From Bacteroidota bacterium (GTDB lineage: Bacteria; Bacteroidota; Bacteroidia; Chitinophagales; JADIYW01): a stretch of 64,000 nucleotides of DNA. This document shows positions 24,945 through 36,184 of the stretch, one piece after another. Under the pieces are notes generated by a model. That model saw only the letters and a list, made by a program, of their open reading frames with translations. It was not told the origin of the DNA and searched no databases. The stretch is taken from contig CAUJCO010000007.1 in assembly GCA_963169645.1 (NCBI GenBank), positions 162,737 to 226,736 on the forward strand, in the 5' to 3' direction. Each line of letters begins with the position of its first letter. The first letter of the stretch is position 1. The position numbers and the translations under genes were made by a program.

Positions 24945-25526
24945 TTATTTAAGATTTGTTGAGCCATCCGGTTGGTAAACAAAACGTATAGTATAATATT
25001 TAGAAATATCTAATAAACCATCTGGTGTTGCCGGAGCATTTTTGTAATAACTAATGAATTCTAATTTTGCATATTTTCCGGTTGCCGTTTTAATCACGAA
25101 TACTTTTCCGGCTAATGGTGTAATTGTATGATTTGGTGGACCGGCATAATTATACCAACCATTGTTGCTGCCGCCAGGAATGGCTGTTGTAGCTCCATCT
25201 TGTGTATATCCAATCGTAGGTGCTGTTGTTACTTCAGAGAATAACGTATCCATAATGATAACACCGGCAACACCAGGACCGCTTGTACCACCATTAAAAC
25301 GTACAGTTGTTCCTTTAAATGCAATATCCCAATTGGTTGTAGTAGAATCGGAGAACGGAACCGTATCTGCATTCGCAAGACTGTAGTATTGGAAGTTGGA
25401 ATACGATGCATTGATGTTCGTATCAATAATTGCTGTTAAAGGTGTTTCAATTTGTTCTTCTTTTGGGTCGCAACTGATAAGCCCAAAAAGTCCGGCGATA
25501 AAAGAAAATAAAAATAGTTTTTTCAT
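24945..25526 (-). CDS. HmuY-like lipoprotein
   Basis: Lipobox LISC|DPKE. Block FQYYSLANAD...NWDIAFKGTTVRFNGGTSGPG, typical of the HmuY family. It lies directly downstream of a TonB-dependent receptor. Confidence 0.55.
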   Translation of the reverse strand: MKKLFLFSFIAGLFGLISCDPKEEQIETPLTAIIDTNINASYSNFQYYSLANADTVPFSDSTTTNWDIAFKGTTVRFNGGTSGPGVAGVIIMDTLFSEVTTAPTIGYTQDGATTAIPGGSNNGWYNYAGPPNHTITPLAGKVFVIKTATGKYAKLEFISYYKNAPATPDGLLDISKYYTIRFVYQPDGSTNLK

Positions 25527-25533
25527 GTTGTAA

Positions 25534-27651
25534 TTATTTAGTTGAGTTTAAAAAATTTATTGTTAAACCAACCAACCCGGTGATGCCATTCATAGAAGGA
25601 ATATTGGTTGGTCGTTTTGTATTTAGCATATTATCAATTCCTACCATTAAATGGTATTTATCTTTGAAGGATTTTGTGAACGAGAAATTCATTAATGCAT
25701 ATCCTTTTGCGTACTCAGAAGCCACATCTAAAATTTGATTTCCATTCAAATCTGTCCACCCATATTTACCTTTGTATATTACGCGTAAATAGGTATTAAA
25801 TGCATGTTTTTTGTTTTCGTAGTAAATCTTTACATTGAAAGAATGTTTACTTCTATCAAATAAACCACCGTATTCTTTTTTAGTAACACGAACCGTTTCT
25901 AATGTTACCGGATCGCGGCGAAATACTTTTCCTTCTTCTAATTTTTTGAGTACATCCAAATTTTTTGCTTCCACAAAATTGTAACCTATACTAAGATTTA
26001 AGCCTTTGATAATGGTGTAGGTTAAATTAGCTTCTACACCTTGAGTATATACTTTATTCAGGTTAAAATAAGTGTATATTAAAGAGCCATTGGTTTTAAT
26101 TGCAGTTGGTGTTGCTTCAATCAAATCTGTAATTTGGTTTCTGAAATAATTAGCTGTAATGGAAAGCTTGGACGGTATTGGATTAATAATAACTTCTGCA
26201 TTGGCAGCCCAAGATTTTTCCGGCACTAAGTTTTGTATTTGCTCTTTGGGAATGCTATAACTTTGTATTTGACCTAACTGCTCTAATTCTTCTAATTTCG
26301 CTAATGCTACCTCAGCACCAAATACCGAGTAGTTTACTAAAGCATTGGTAAAATTCAAATATTGTTGTCTGATTTCGGGTGCTTTAAAACCGCGTCCGCC
26401 GGAAATTTTGATAGCAAAATAATCGTTGACATTAAAACGTGCAGAAATTTTTGGCGACAACCATTGTATTTTATAATCACTCGGAAAATCGGAACGATTA
26501 CCAACGTTTACGATGATTCTATTTTTCCAATCATATTGATATTGAAAGAAAACATACTCTTGATGTTGTTGGATAAACTGTCCAACTCTGTTCGATTTAA
26601 TTGTATTATAGAAACCACCGACACCTGCTGAAAAAAGATGCCCTTTTTTGGTATAATCCAATTGAGCTTCTAATTTGATTAATAGTTGTTTTAAATTATC
26701 AACGTACAAATCAGCATCTAAATTTTCTCCGTTGATATTACTATTATACGTGTAATACGAATTATAATTTTTTAGGTTAAATACAATATTTTTCTTTACA
26801 AATTTAAAATAAGGTGAGAAGGCAAATTCGTTAATAATATCACGTTGTGTAGCAATGATATTGACATTTGAATCATTGAGGTAATTATCTTTATTGTGTA
26901 AATTAGAATAATAATATTTCAAACCTATTCCTGTTTGAATATAATCGTTTACTCGAACACCAATTTTATTGTTAAAGGTAAAATCGTTATACGGTGCACC
27001 TTCTTTAAAAATTGTGGATTTATTGGTATGATATCCATTGGAAAAATTATGTACTAACATGCTTTCAAAGCTTACTTTCTTTTTAGAAAATGCACCAATG
27101 AAAGAAGTTGTCAAGATAGCCGGAGATTTGTATTGTATCGATAATTCGGCTTGTTTGTTTATGTTTCCAATATCTTCTGTAATAATATTGATAACACCGC
27201 CAATTGCATCACTTCCGTATAAACAAGAAACCGGACCTTTCACAATTTCTACACGTTTAATATTGCCCACAACAATTCTTGACAAATCAACTACGCCGGC
27301 ATTTTTTCCAATAATTGGTTCGCCATTTATCAATATCAATGTATATTCTGCTGATAGACCTTGTAATTGTACGCCGGTTCCGAGGAAATGCGTTAATTGA
27401 ATGCCTGTTTGTTCTTGTAATAAATCGCCTAATTTTACGGTTCCTGTGGCTTGTATGTATTTTTTAGCAATTACACTTAACGGTACGGTTGACGTTGAAA
27501 TTTTTGACTCGGTTTTAGTGGCAGTCACTACAATTTCTTCTATTAATGATTCATCTGTTTCAATCTTATTTTCATGAGTAGAGTCTGCAGGAAGTGCAAA
27601 TGAAATTGTAGCAACTGCACAAAAAAATAGTATTAAAATTAAGCGTAACAT
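25534..27651 (-). CDS. TonB-dependent outer-membrane receptor
   Basis: Plug motifs EEIVVTATKTE, LINGEPIIG and DAIGGVINIIT, followed by a long beta-barrel. Confidence 0.85.
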   Translation of the reverse strand: MLRLILILFFCAVATISFALPADSTHENKIETDESLIEEIVVTATKTESKISTSTVPLSVIAKKYIQATGTVKLGDLLQEQTGIQLTHFLGTGVQLQGLSAEYTLILINGEPIIGKNAGVVDLSRIVVGNIKRVEIVKGPVSCLYGSDAIGGVINIITEDIGNINKQAELSIQYKSPAILTTSFIGAFSKKKVSFESMLVHNFSNGYHTNKSTIFKEGAPYNDFTFNNKIGVRVNDYIQTGIGLKYYYSNLHNKDNYLNDSNVNIIATQRDIINEFAFSPYFKFVKKNIVFNLKNYNSYYTYNSNINGENLDADLYVDNLKQLLIKLEAQLDYTKKGHLFSAGVGGFYNTIKSNRVGQFIQQHQEYVFFQYQYDWKNRIIVNVGNRSDFPSDYKIQWLSPKISARFNVNDYFAIKISGGRGFKAPEIRQQYLNFTNALVNYSVFGAEVALAKLEELEQLGQIQSYSIPKEQIQNLVPEKSWAANAEVIINPIPSKLSITANYFRNQITDLIEATPTAIKTNGSLIYTYFNLNKVYTQGVEANLTYTIIKGLNLSIGYNFVEAKNLDVLKKLEEGKVFRRDPVTLETVRVTKKEYGGLFDRSKHSFNVKIYYENKKHAFNTYLRVIYKGKYGWTDLNGNQILDVASEYAKGYALMNFSFTKSFKDKYHLMVGIDNMLNTKRPTNIPSMNGITGLVGLTINFLNSTK

Positions 27652-27673
27652 TTATTATAAAGGGTCGTTATAT

Positions 27674-28600
27674 TTATTTTTTTAAATGCTCATTTATTAT
27701 TGTTCGGATAGCAACCTTTGCTTTTTCAGCGTTGTATTTCTTTTCTTTCATCAACTCAATATTTAAGGCAAACAATTTTTCGTGTAAGGCTTTTCCATCC
27801 AAAACTCTGTTTACTTTTAATTCAGGTGTAACCGGAATAATTTCATCCCACACACTTCTTACATCGTACCAGAATACTTTATTTTTTTCCCACCAATCTA
27901 TACCGGCTTTACATCTGCTTTCATCCACTTTTGCATACGTATTATGGCCAACTTCTTCAGCAATCAACGTATCTTGCACACCATCGTGACGCGCAATTTT
28001 TTTATTATCTTGTTCGTGTATAAAACCTGAATCGGAAATATGCAATCTGTTTAAACGGTTTAATACATTATAGTCAGAACGTTTAGAATATTCTCTTCGC
28101 GGAAGTGGTGCATCGGTATTAGATTCCCATAACGTTTTTCCATCATAGTACGCAAATGTTGCATAACCATCGTATTGAGGTCTATCATCTACTTCAAATA
28201 CTTTTTGTGTCCACGTACCTTTTACTTTATTTTGAGGAAGAAGCACGTTACTCCATTCATAATCTTTATTGTATTTATAAATAGAATTGTTTTCATAACT
28301 CCAATCTTCTCTCCAATGTTTTACTATCATATCTTGATCTATAATTAAGATATGTTGCAATTTCACAGAACCATCTTTTTGTGGCTCGTAAGAAACCCAC
28401 TCTAAGGCTTCTTCGCGATATTTATCTTTTAATTTGTAATCTTTTGGGTATCCAAATGTTTCTTTGTATTTAAAATCTACTTCAAAACAACCACATAAAT
28501 TTTTTATGGCATTTTTGTCTTTCTCATAATTTGATTCGTGTGCATTGGCATTTACTGCAATAGAAAATAGGGCAAGTGTGAGTAGGTAAATTTTCTTCAT
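27674..28600 (-). CDS. Exported conserved hypothetical protein, first gene of the receptor operon
   Basis: Signal peptide ANA|HES. 308 aa with a CGC motif near the N-terminus. No family recognised with confidence. Confidence 0.6.
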   Translation of the reverse strand: MKKIYLLTLALFSIAVNANAHESNYEKDKNAIKNLCGCFEVDFKYKETFGYPKDYKLKDKYREEALEWVSYEPQKDGSVKLQHILIIDQDMIVKHWREDWSYENNSIYKYNKDYEWSNVLLPQNKVKGTWTQKVFEVDDRPQYDGYATFAYYDGKTLWESNTDAPLPRREYSKRSDYNVLNRLNRLHISDSGFIHEQDNKKIARHDGVQDTLIAEEVGHNTYAKVDESRCKAGIDWWEKNKVFWYDVRSVWDEIIPVTPELKVNRVLDGKALHEKLFALNIELMKEKKYNAEKAKVAIRTIINEHLKK

Positions 28601-28691
28601 TATTATAAACTTTTTTTAAACGTGCACAAAAATAATATGCACTATTTAAAATAAGTCTAAATAAAAATAAATACCTATAAAAATACCTAAG

Positions 28692-29594
28692 CTAACCAAA
28701 TTTAGGTATCAACAAAAGCATAAAATAGAGTATCATACTGCCATCATACACAATTTTTATCCATAGTTTAGGCACTATATCGGATTTTAATTGTGTATAA
28801 ACTTGCAATCCGGTTACTAAAAAGATGAGTGAAATTAAAGTAGCATCGTCTATATATTTATTGGGAAGATGCATCCAATTAATCAACATAAAAATAAATA
28901 TGAGTGCAAATACATACATTATCGCCAATAGAAAAGCAATAAATTTTGATTTTTTTATGCCTAAAACTGAAGGAATGGTATGCATGTTGGTAGCTTTGTC
29001 TGTCTCTGCATCGTTAATATCAAAAGGAAGTGTAATAAAGAAGATATATACAAACTGTACTAAAAATAAAAGAATTACTAATTTAGATAAATCGGTAGGT
29101 TGCTGCACCACCAACGATTCCGTATAAGGTAAGATAACCGATGTGGCACTCCAAACAAAGGCTATCAAAAATATTTTCACAAATGGAAAATCGCGTAAAC
29201 GCGTATCAATTCCAAAAATTTTAAAAATAGGTACCGGATACAAAATAGAAATTCCACCTATAAAAACAAGTACTAAGATTGTTTTAAGTTGAAGAAAAAA
29301 TGTGAAAACAACTGCAAAAAATCCGGAAACATAAATTGTAATCTTATTAAAATTGGGATAGCGTTCAAACCATTGCACCACCAATTCATCTTTGTTAGAG
29401 TACGCTCCTTTTTTAAAATACACCCAACGACTGATTTGATACACAAACCATGTAGAGAAGAAAATTTGTGCAGATAAATACCAAAGAGATGCAATATGTA
29501 AATCCAACAAAATCACATTTGCCCATAAAAAACAGACAGCTGCTATGGCAATAAATAAGTTGGTTTCTATTAATAACTTAATAAATCGGAACAT
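28692..29594 (-). CDS. UbiA-family membrane prenyltransferase
   Basis: About 8 hydrophobic helices. Asp-rich motif FDINDAETDK. Confidence 0.6.
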   Translation of the reverse strand: MFRFIKLLIETNLFIAIAAVCFLWANVILLDLHIASLWYLSAQIFFSTWFVYQISRWVYFKKGAYSNKDELVVQWFERYPNFNKITIYVSGFFAVVFTFFLQLKTILVLVFIGGISILYPVPIFKIFGIDTRLRDFPFVKIFLIAFVWSATSVILPYTESLVVQQPTDLSKLVILLFLVQFVYIFFITLPFDINDAETDKATNMHTIPSVLGIKKSKFIAFLLAIMYVFALIFIFMLINWMHLPNKYIDDATLISLIFLVTGLQVYTQLKSDIVPKLWIKIVYDGSMILYFMLLLIPKFG

Positions 29595-29625
29595 AAAAAA
29601 ATCCGTCTAACACGCGTCAGACGGA
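29595..29625 (-). terminator. Rho-independent terminator of the M42 peptidase gene
   Basis: The minus strand reads tccgtct-gacgcgtgtt-agacgga followed by T7. Confidence 0.7.
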
Positions 29626-29668
29626 ATTCAATATACAATTTATTTTCTAAAAGGAGATGCTGTTGTTA

Positions 29669-30751
29669 TTAACTCAAATATTTCAATCGCATTTTAGGTG
29701 TAATTTTTTTCAACGATTCGAAAATCAGTTTAATCACATCTTCCACATCTGATTTTGCTACCGTTTCTACTGTAGTATGCATGTATCGTAGTGGCAATGA
29801 AATTAACGCACTCGGAACACCACCACCTGTGTACGCAAATGCATCGGTATCGGTTCCGGTAACGCGGCTGGCAGCATCTCGTTGGAATTTAATTTTTTCT
29901 TTTTCTGCAGTATCAATAATCAACTCACGAACGATGTTGTGTACTGCAGGTGCATACGTAATTACAGGGCCTTCACCGCATTTAAAATCGCCATGAACTT
30001 TTTTATCTATCATAGGTGTAGTCGTATCATGGCAAACATCCGTTACGATTGCAATATTTGGTTTGATTCTATTTACAATCATCTCGGCACCTCTTAAACC
30101 AACTTCTTCTTGTACAGAATTACAGATATACAAACCAAAAGGTAATTTTGTTTTAGATTCTTTCACCAAACGTGCTACTTCTGCAATCATAAATCCGCCC
30201 ATACGGTTATCCAATGCCCTTCCGGTATAGAATTTTTTATTCAATATCATCAACTCATCTTCAAAAGTGGCAACCGTGCCTACGTGTATGCCCATGCTTT
30301 CCACTTCTTTTTTATTTTTGGCACCTACATCAATCGTGATATTTTTTAAACTCGGTGCCGTATCTTTTGAAGTATCTCTTAAATGGATAGCCGGCCAACC
30401 GAAGATACCTTTTACAATACCTTTTTTAGTATGTAAGTTCACACGCATAGATGGAGCAATCATATGATCGGAGCCTCCGTTGCGAATAACATTGATAATA
30501 CCATCTTCACCAATATAACTTACAAACCAAGAAATCTCATCTGCATGTGCTTCAATGACTACTTTGAATTCAGCTTCCGGATTGATTACGCCATATACTG
30601 TTCCATAATGGTCTACCTGATAATCATCAATATATGGTTTGATGTAATTCAACCAAATCTTTTGTCCTTCAGCCTCAAAGCCTGTTGGAGAAGCATTGTT
30701 TAAATATTTAAATAAAAAATCTTCTGCTTTTTTGTCAATAGAGTATTTCAT
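29669..30751 (-). CDS. M42-family aminopeptidase (FrvX/YpdE-like)
   Basis: HADEIS, DNRMGG and QEEVGLRGA metal-ligand blocks. 360 aa. Confidence 0.85.
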   Translation of the reverse strand: MKYSIDKKAEDFLFKYLNNASPTGFEAEGQKIWLNYIKPYIDDYQVDHYGTVYGVINPEAEFKVVIEAHADEISWFVSYIGEDGIINVIRNGGSDHMIAPSMRVNLHTKKGIVKGIFGWPAIHLRDTSKDTAPSLKNITIDVGAKNKKEVESMGIHVGTVATFEDELMILNKKFYTGRALDNRMGGFMIAEVARLVKESKTKLPFGLYICNSVQEEVGLRGAEMIVNRIKPNIAIVTDVCHDTTTPMIDKKVHGDFKCGEGPVITYAPAVHNIVRELIIDTAEKEKIKFQRDAASRVTGTDTDAFAYTGGGVPSALISLPLRYMHTTVETVAKSDVEDVIKLIFESLKKITPKMRLKYLS

Positions 30752-30921
30752 AAGATTAAAAAATTAATTAAAATGGATAGGTTGATATTAAAGTTAAAAA
30801 ATTACACTTTGAATAATATTATTGGAAGTAATCCAATAAAATGTATTGCAAATGTACAATTTTTCTAACACGTTACTGTATTATTTTAGGTATTTTAAGA
30901 TTTTATGAGCCTATCTAAAAT

Positions 30922-30948
30922 AAAAAAACCACGATTAAATCGTGGTTC
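30922..30948 (-). terminator. Rho-independent terminator of the PhoD-like gene
   Basis: The minus strand has stem aaccacgat/atcgtggtt followed by T7. Confidence 0.7.
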
Positions 30949-30993
30949 AAAATCTTTAGAAATTACTTTAAAAAAAATGAATTTACAAATGTA

Positions 30994-32043
30994 TTACATT
31001 TGCAATTCATCTAATGAAATAATTTGTTGTTTAGCTACATTTCCGGCATTATCGCAAATATCTAAACTAATTTGTATAGGAGAGGCATTCCAATCTATAT
31101 TAATCATACCAAAGCTATAATTCCTATACACATCACCAATTCTGTATTGGCTCGGACGCTCATTATATTCATTATGTGTTAAGCCACTCGATGTAAAATC
31201 ATAAATAGGATATTGACCGGCAATTGTACGCTTATTATATTCCGAAAAATGAACATCACCACTAACAACAAAAACACCATTGGCATTGGCATCTTTAATC
31301 GCCTTATAGAAATTTTGCATTTCATGCGGATAATTAGCCCAAGTTTCCCAGCCGTTTTGTTCTACGCCAAATTGCGTACTGGAAACAACAATTCGGATGG
31401 TTGCAGGTACCGTTAATTGTTGTCTGAACCAGTTCCATTGTGTAGCTCCTAAAATAGATTTAGTGGTATCGTTTGTTGGTGATAATGGTTCCATGCTCAA
31501 AACATCTAAGAAATTCCGGCAATCTAAAAGGATAATTTGTACTCTATGATTAGCATCACCATATAAATAGGAAGTATAAATTCCATCGTGTGTGCGGATA
31601 TCGTGTGTAGATGGGATTTGCCAAAATTTCATAAATTTTTCTTTGGATTGTACTTTAAACGGAAATTCTTTTCCGGCATTATTCAAACCATAATCGTGAT
31701 CGTCCCAAGTTGCAATACTTGGCACTGCAGCACGAAAATTTTTATAATCAAAATTATTTTTCAGCATATCGTATTGTGCTTGTATCCAATTTGGATAATC
31801 AGGATTGCTAATAATATTATCGGCATACACATTGTCGCCCATGGCAATATACAAATCCGGATTCTTAGCTTGTATTGCTCTGAAAATAGATAGATTTCCA
31901 CTTTGATAACAACAAGAAGTAATTGCTATTTTAGATAGATTTAAACTTAAATCATTTTGTTTGATGGTTGGTTCGCTTCCACCTGTAGGAATACATGCAG
32001 AAATAGCAAATGTGGCTATTAATAAATAGAATATTTTTTTCAT
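30994..32043 (-). CDS. PhoD-like metallophosphatase (lipoprotein)
   Basis: Lipobox ISAC. Blocks GDNVYAD, WDDHDYG and VVSGDVHFSE. Confidence 0.75.
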   Translation of the reverse strand: MKKIFYLLIATFAISACIPTGGSEPTIKQNDLSLNLSKIAITSCCYQSGNLSIFRAIQAKNPDLYIAMGDNVYADNIISNPDYPNWIQAQYDMLKNNFDYKNFRAAVPSIATWDDHDYGLNNAGKEFPFKVQSKEKFMKFWQIPSTHDIRTHDGIYTSYLYGDANHRVQIILLDCRNFLDVLSMEPLSPTNDTTKSILGATQWNWFRQQLTVPATIRIVVSSTQFGVEQNGWETWANYPHEMQNFYKAIKDANANGVFVVSGDVHFSEYNKRTIAGQYPIYDFTSSGLTHNEYNERPSQYRIGDVYRNYSFGMINIDWNASPIQISLDICDNAGNVAKQQIISLDELQM

Positions 32044-32097
32044 AAAAAGGATTTATCTGTGTTCAAGAAAGATACATCCAATTTACAAAATAAAAAA

Positions 32098-33648
32098 TTA
32101 CAAAGGTATATTTCCGTGTTTCTTTTTTGGTGTATGTACTACTTTGTTTTCCAACATCTGAAACGCTCTGATAAGTTTGATTCTTGTTTCTTGTGGGTCA
32201 ATCACTTCATCAATAAAGCCGCGTGCTGCTGCTTTATACGGATTAGCAAAAGTGTCTGTATATTCATCTACTTTTTCTTGTAACTTTTGCTCCGGATTAG
32301 CTGCATTTTTTATTTCATTTTTAAAGATAATTTCGGCAGCTCCTTTTGGTCCCATTACAGCGATTTCAGCACTCGGCCAAGCAAAATTCATATCAGCACC
32401 AATATGTTTAGAATTCATCACATCATACGCACCGCCGTATGCTTTACGCGTAATTACAGTAACTTTAGGTACGGTTGCTTCGCTCAATGCATACAGTAAT
32501 TTAGCACCATTGGTAATAATACCATGCCACTCTTGGTCCGTTCCGGGCAAAAATCCGGGTACATCGACCAATACTAATAATGGAATATTAAAGGCATCGC
32601 AGAAACGAGTAAAACGAGCACCTTTCCTACTGCTATTGATATCCAAAACTCCGGCTAAATATGCAGGTTGATTGGCTACGATTCCAATACTTCTTCCGGC
32701 AATTCGGGCAAATCCAACAACTAAATTCTCTGCAAAATCTTTGTGCACTTCCATAAAGGAGTTTTCATCACAAGTGTGCGCAATTACTTCGCGAATATCA
32801 TACGGTTGATTGGGATTTTGTGGAAGTATATTTTTCAATTCATCTCTCCATTCAGATTGTGCAGATTGATATGGATAGTTGGGTGCAGCTTCTTCGCAAT
32901 TTTGTGGAAGAAAACTCAATAAAGTTTTTATTTGTGAAATACATTCTACTTCATTTTTTGCAGTAAAATGCGTAACACCACTTTTGGTAGCATGTGTAAT
33001 GGCACCGCCTAATTCTTCTGAGGTTACTTCTTCGTGCGTTACCGTTTTAACAACATTCGGGCCAGTAACAAACATATACGAAGTATTTTCCACCATCATT
33101 GTAAAATCGGTCATTGCCGGTGAGTACACAGCACCACCTGCACAAGGCCCCATGATAGCCGAAATTTGTGGTACTACACCGGAAAATTGTACATTGCGAT
33201 GAAAGATATCTGCATAACCACCTAAGGACACTACACCTTCTTGAATACGTGCTCCACCCGAATCATTTAAGCCAATGACAGGTGCCCCTGTTTTAGCAGC
33301 TAAATCCATTATTTTGCAGATTTTTTCGGCATGTGTTTCAGACAGTGAACCACCAAATACGGTAAAATCTTGAGAGAAAATATATACCAATCGTCCGTTT
33401 ACTTTTCCGTAACCGGTAACCACACCATCTCCTAAATATTGTTCTTTATCTATTCCAAAATCCGTAGCACGATGTGTTACCAACATACCTAATTCTTCAA
33501 AAGTTCCTGCATCTACTAACAATTCAATGCGTTCACGGGCTGTTAATTTTCCTTTTTTATGTTGGTCGTCAATTCTTTTTTGTCCGCCACCGAGTAATGC
33601 ATCTTGTTTTTTCTGTTGAAGAGATGCTAACTTTTGTTCATGTGTCAT
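32098..33648 (-). CDS. Acyl-CoA carboxylase carboxyltransferase (beta) subunit, propionyl-/methylmalonyl-CoA type
   Basis: 516 aa. Strongly conserved blocks [37 protein letters not shown] and AYGGAYDVM. Confidence 0.9.
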   Translation of the reverse strand: MTHEQKLASLQQKKQDALLGGGQKRIDDQHKKGKLTARERIELLVDAGTFEELGMLVTHRATDFGIDKEQYLGDGVVTGYGKVNGRLVYIFSQDFTVFGGSLSETHAEKICKIMDLAAKTGAPVIGLNDSGGARIQEGVVSLGGYADIFHRNVQFSGVVPQISAIMGPCAGGAVYSPAMTDFTMMVENTSYMFVTGPNVVKTVTHEEVTSEELGGAITHATKSGVTHFTAKNEVECISQIKTLLSFLPQNCEEAAPNYPYQSAQSEWRDELKNILPQNPNQPYDIREVIAHTCDENSFMEVHKDFAENLVVGFARIAGRSIGIVANQPAYLAGVLDINSSRKGARFTRFCDAFNIPLLVLVDVPGFLPGTDQEWHGIITNGAKLLYALSEATVPKVTVITRKAYGGAYDVMNSKHIGADMNFAWPSAEIAVMGPKGAAEIIFKNEIKNAANPEQKLQEKVDEYTDTFANPYKAAARGFIDEVIDPQETRIKLIRAFQMLENKVVHTPKKKHGNIPL

Positions 33649-33708
33649 ATTTACAAAAATAAGGTTTAATAATGAATGATGAGTGAGCTAAGGAAAATTA
33701 ATTGTTCC

Positions 33709-34461
33709 TTAAAAGTCGATTTTAAATTTATTCTCTAATTGATAGATTAATTTAACGTCCGAACCTTGTGGCGGTCTGGTGTCAAACGTCAATTTATAAT
33801 TTAAGCCAAATGATAAAATTTTATGAAATCTAAAAAACAACGCGTTATCTGTTGAAATCCTATAATCCTTTATATCGTCAAATCTGGGTTGATAATAAGT
33901 AGTGCTTATCAACTCTATTGTTTTTATTGGTCTGAAACTAAAACTCAAATAACCACTAAATCTTCCTTGTACGAGCTTTTGTGTTTTGTCGTTATTAATT
34001 TCATATTCCAGCATATACAATGTACCTAAATAGCTTTTTATTTTTTCTACTTCAACCAACTTAAATCGCGGTCCGGTGCCGAGCAAAAAACGCATACGCA
34101 AGCCGGTTAATTTATTGTATTGCACTTGCGAAAAGGCTTCCCATCTCAACCATTTTCTAATTTTATAATTATATCTGAAATGAAAAAAACCGGAATTAGC
34201 AATTTTATTATTCCCGGATTTTAAAATATCCAAACTTCCTAAAATTAAATATAAACTCTTTTTGGATTTATATTGCACATGTGCTGCATTAGAAAAGGCA
34301 AAATACTTCTCTTTTTGTTTTCCAAAAGTGAAACCCAAATTGTAATTACCTTCCCATCCAATTGTGTCAGTCTTATAGCGTTGACTTTCAATATTTACTA
34401 TTTGTGAAAAAAGAGGAAATGCAAAAAAACAGAAGATGAGTAACGTTAGTGTTTTTGTCAT
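33709..34461 (-). CDS. Outer-membrane beta-barrel protein (DUF481-like)
   Basis: Signal peptide, alternating beta-strand pattern, and C-terminal aromatic residue (KIDF). Confidence 0.5.
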   Translation of the reverse strand: MTKTLTLLIFCFFAFPLFSQIVNIESQRYKTDTIGWEGNYNLGFTFGKQKEKYFAFSNAAHVQYKSKKSLYLILGSLDILKSGNNKIANSGFFHFRYNYKIRKWLRWEAFSQVQYNKLTGLRMRFLLGTGPRFKLVEVEKIKSYLGTLYMLEYEINNDKTQKLVQGRFSGYLSFSFRPIKTIELISTTYYQPRFDDIKDYRISTDNALFFRFHKILSFGLNYKLTFDTRPPQGSDVKLIYQLENKFKIDF

Positions 34462-34616
34462 TATGGTTTATCAAAATATAGTGTGTACAAAACTAAATTA
34501 TCTAAATAAATAACACATCAATTAACCAAAAATAAAAAGTAAGATTCTTAACATAAAAACAATGCTTTTATTTAGATTTATTCTAAATAACAATTGTTTT
34601 ATTGTACTAATTATCG

Positions 34617-34624
34617 TAATTTTG
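34617..34624 (+). promoter_or_regulatory. -7 box TAATTTTG for the suf operon
   Basis: Matches TAnnTTTG, 41 nt upstream of the sufB ATG. Confidence 0.45.
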
Positions 34625-34664
34625 CACTTACTAAATTTTAGGTACAAACTAACTTGTTTTAAGT

Positions 34665-36110
34665 ATGACAGAGCAAGATGCGATAATTGATGAAGTAGTA
34701 AACTCCGAATATAAATATGGTTTTGTAACCAATATTGAACAAGAATCCGCACCCAAAGGATTAAATGAAGATATTATCCGATTTATTTCCGCTAAAAAAG
34801 AAGAACCGGAATGGATGTTGGAATGGAGATTAAAAGCCTATAAAGAATGGCAAAAAATGACAGAACCGGCTTGGGCAAATGTTCATTATCCAAAAGTCGA
34901 TTTCCAAGATGTCGTTTATTATACTGCACCAAAACCTAAAAAAAATCTAAATTCTTTAGATGAGGTTGATCCGGAATTATTAAAAACATTTGAAAAATTA
35001 GGTATCTCATTAGATGAACAAAAACGTTTATCGGGTGTGGCTGTAGATGTCGTGTTTGATAGTGTATCTGTTAAAACAACTTTTCAAGAAACATTAAAAG
35101 AAAAAGGAATTATATTTTGCTCCATGAGTGAAGCCGTTCGCAACCACGGCGATTTAGTAAAAAAATACATAGGTACGGTTGTTCCTCAAAAAGATAATTT
35201 TTATGCAGCATTAAACAGTGCTGTATTTAGTGATGGCTCTTTTTGTTACATTCCAAAAGGGGTGCGCTGCCCAATGGAACTCAGCACATATTTCAGGATA
35301 AACGCTGCCGGTTCCGGTCAGTTTGAACGTACTTTATTAATTGCAGACGAAGGTGCGTATGTTTCCTATTTAGAAGGATGTACTGCTCCACAACGCGATG
35401 AAAACCAACTACACGCTGCGGTGGTTGAGCTTATTGCACTCGATAATGCCGAAATAAAATATTCTACCGTACAAAATTGGTATCCGGGCGACAAAGATGG
35501 GAAAGGTGGTATTTTCAACTTCGTAACCAAACGCGGAATGTGCAAAGGTAGTAACTCTAAAATATCTTGGACACAAGTGGAAACCGGTTCAGCAGTAACG
35601 TGGAAATATCCAAGTTGTATTTTAGCCGGTGATAATTCTATCGGTGAGTTTTATTCCGTTGCATTAACCAACCATTTCCAACAGGCAGATACCGGAACCA
35701 AAATGATTCATATCGGAAAAAATACTAAAAGTAGAATTGTTTCGAAAGGTATCAGTGCCGGAAAATCTCAAAACTCATATCGCGGATTGGTGAAAGTACA
35801 TAAGAAAGCCGAAAACGCTCGAAACTTCTCTCAATGTGATTCCTTATTGATGGGCAATCTTTGTGGTGCACACACCTTTCCTTATATTGAAGTCAGCAAC
35901 AACACTTCTAAAGTAGAGCACGAAGCAACAACATCAAAAATTGGTGAAGATATGTTGTTTTATTTCCAGCAACGCGGCATCGACGAAGAAACAGCAGTTG
36001 CCATGATAGTAAATGGTTTTTGTAAAGAAGTAATGGACCACTTACCAATGGAATTTGCCGTTGAAGCCAGAAAATTATTAGAAATCAGTTTAGAAGGAAG
36101 TGTAGGATAA
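34665..36110 (+). CDS. sufB: Fe-S cluster assembly scaffold SufB
   Basis: 481 aa with high-identity SufB blocks ([22 protein letters not shown]). It is followed by sufC and sufD. Confidence 0.95.
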   Translation: MTEQDAIIDEVVNSEYKYGFVTNIEQESAPKGLNEDIIRFISAKKEEPEWMLEWRLKAYKEWQKMTEPAWANVHYPKVDFQDVVYYTAPKPKKNLNSLDEVDPELLKTFEKLGISLDEQKRLSGVAVDVVFDSVSVKTTFQETLKEKGIIFCSMSEAVRNHGDLVKKYIGTVVPQKDNFYAALNSAVFSDGSFCYIPKGVRCPMELSTYFRINAAGSGQFERTLLIADEGAYVSYLEGCTAPQRDENQLHAAVVELIALDNAEIKYSTVQNWYPGDKDGKGGIFNFVTKRGMCKGSNSKISWTQVETGSAVTWKYPSCILAGDNSIGEFYSVALTNHFQQADTGTKMIHIGKNTKSRIVSKGISAGKSQNSYRGLVKVHKKAENARNFSQCDSLLMGNLCGAHTFPYIEVSNNTSKVEHEATTSKIGEDMLFYFQQRGIDEETAVAMIVNGFCKEVMDHLPMEFAVEARKLLEISLEGSVG

Positions 36111-36184
36111 AATAATTAGTAATTAGTAGTAAGTAAAGAGTAGTAAGTATAAAAATCAATCAAAAATAACAATAATTAAAAAGT

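Noticed and set aside
30905-31120. 71-aa plus-strand ORF in the gap before the PhoD-like gene.
   Set aside because: It spans a terminator hairpin and runs into the 3' end of the convergent PhoD-like gene. It has no start context and no motif.
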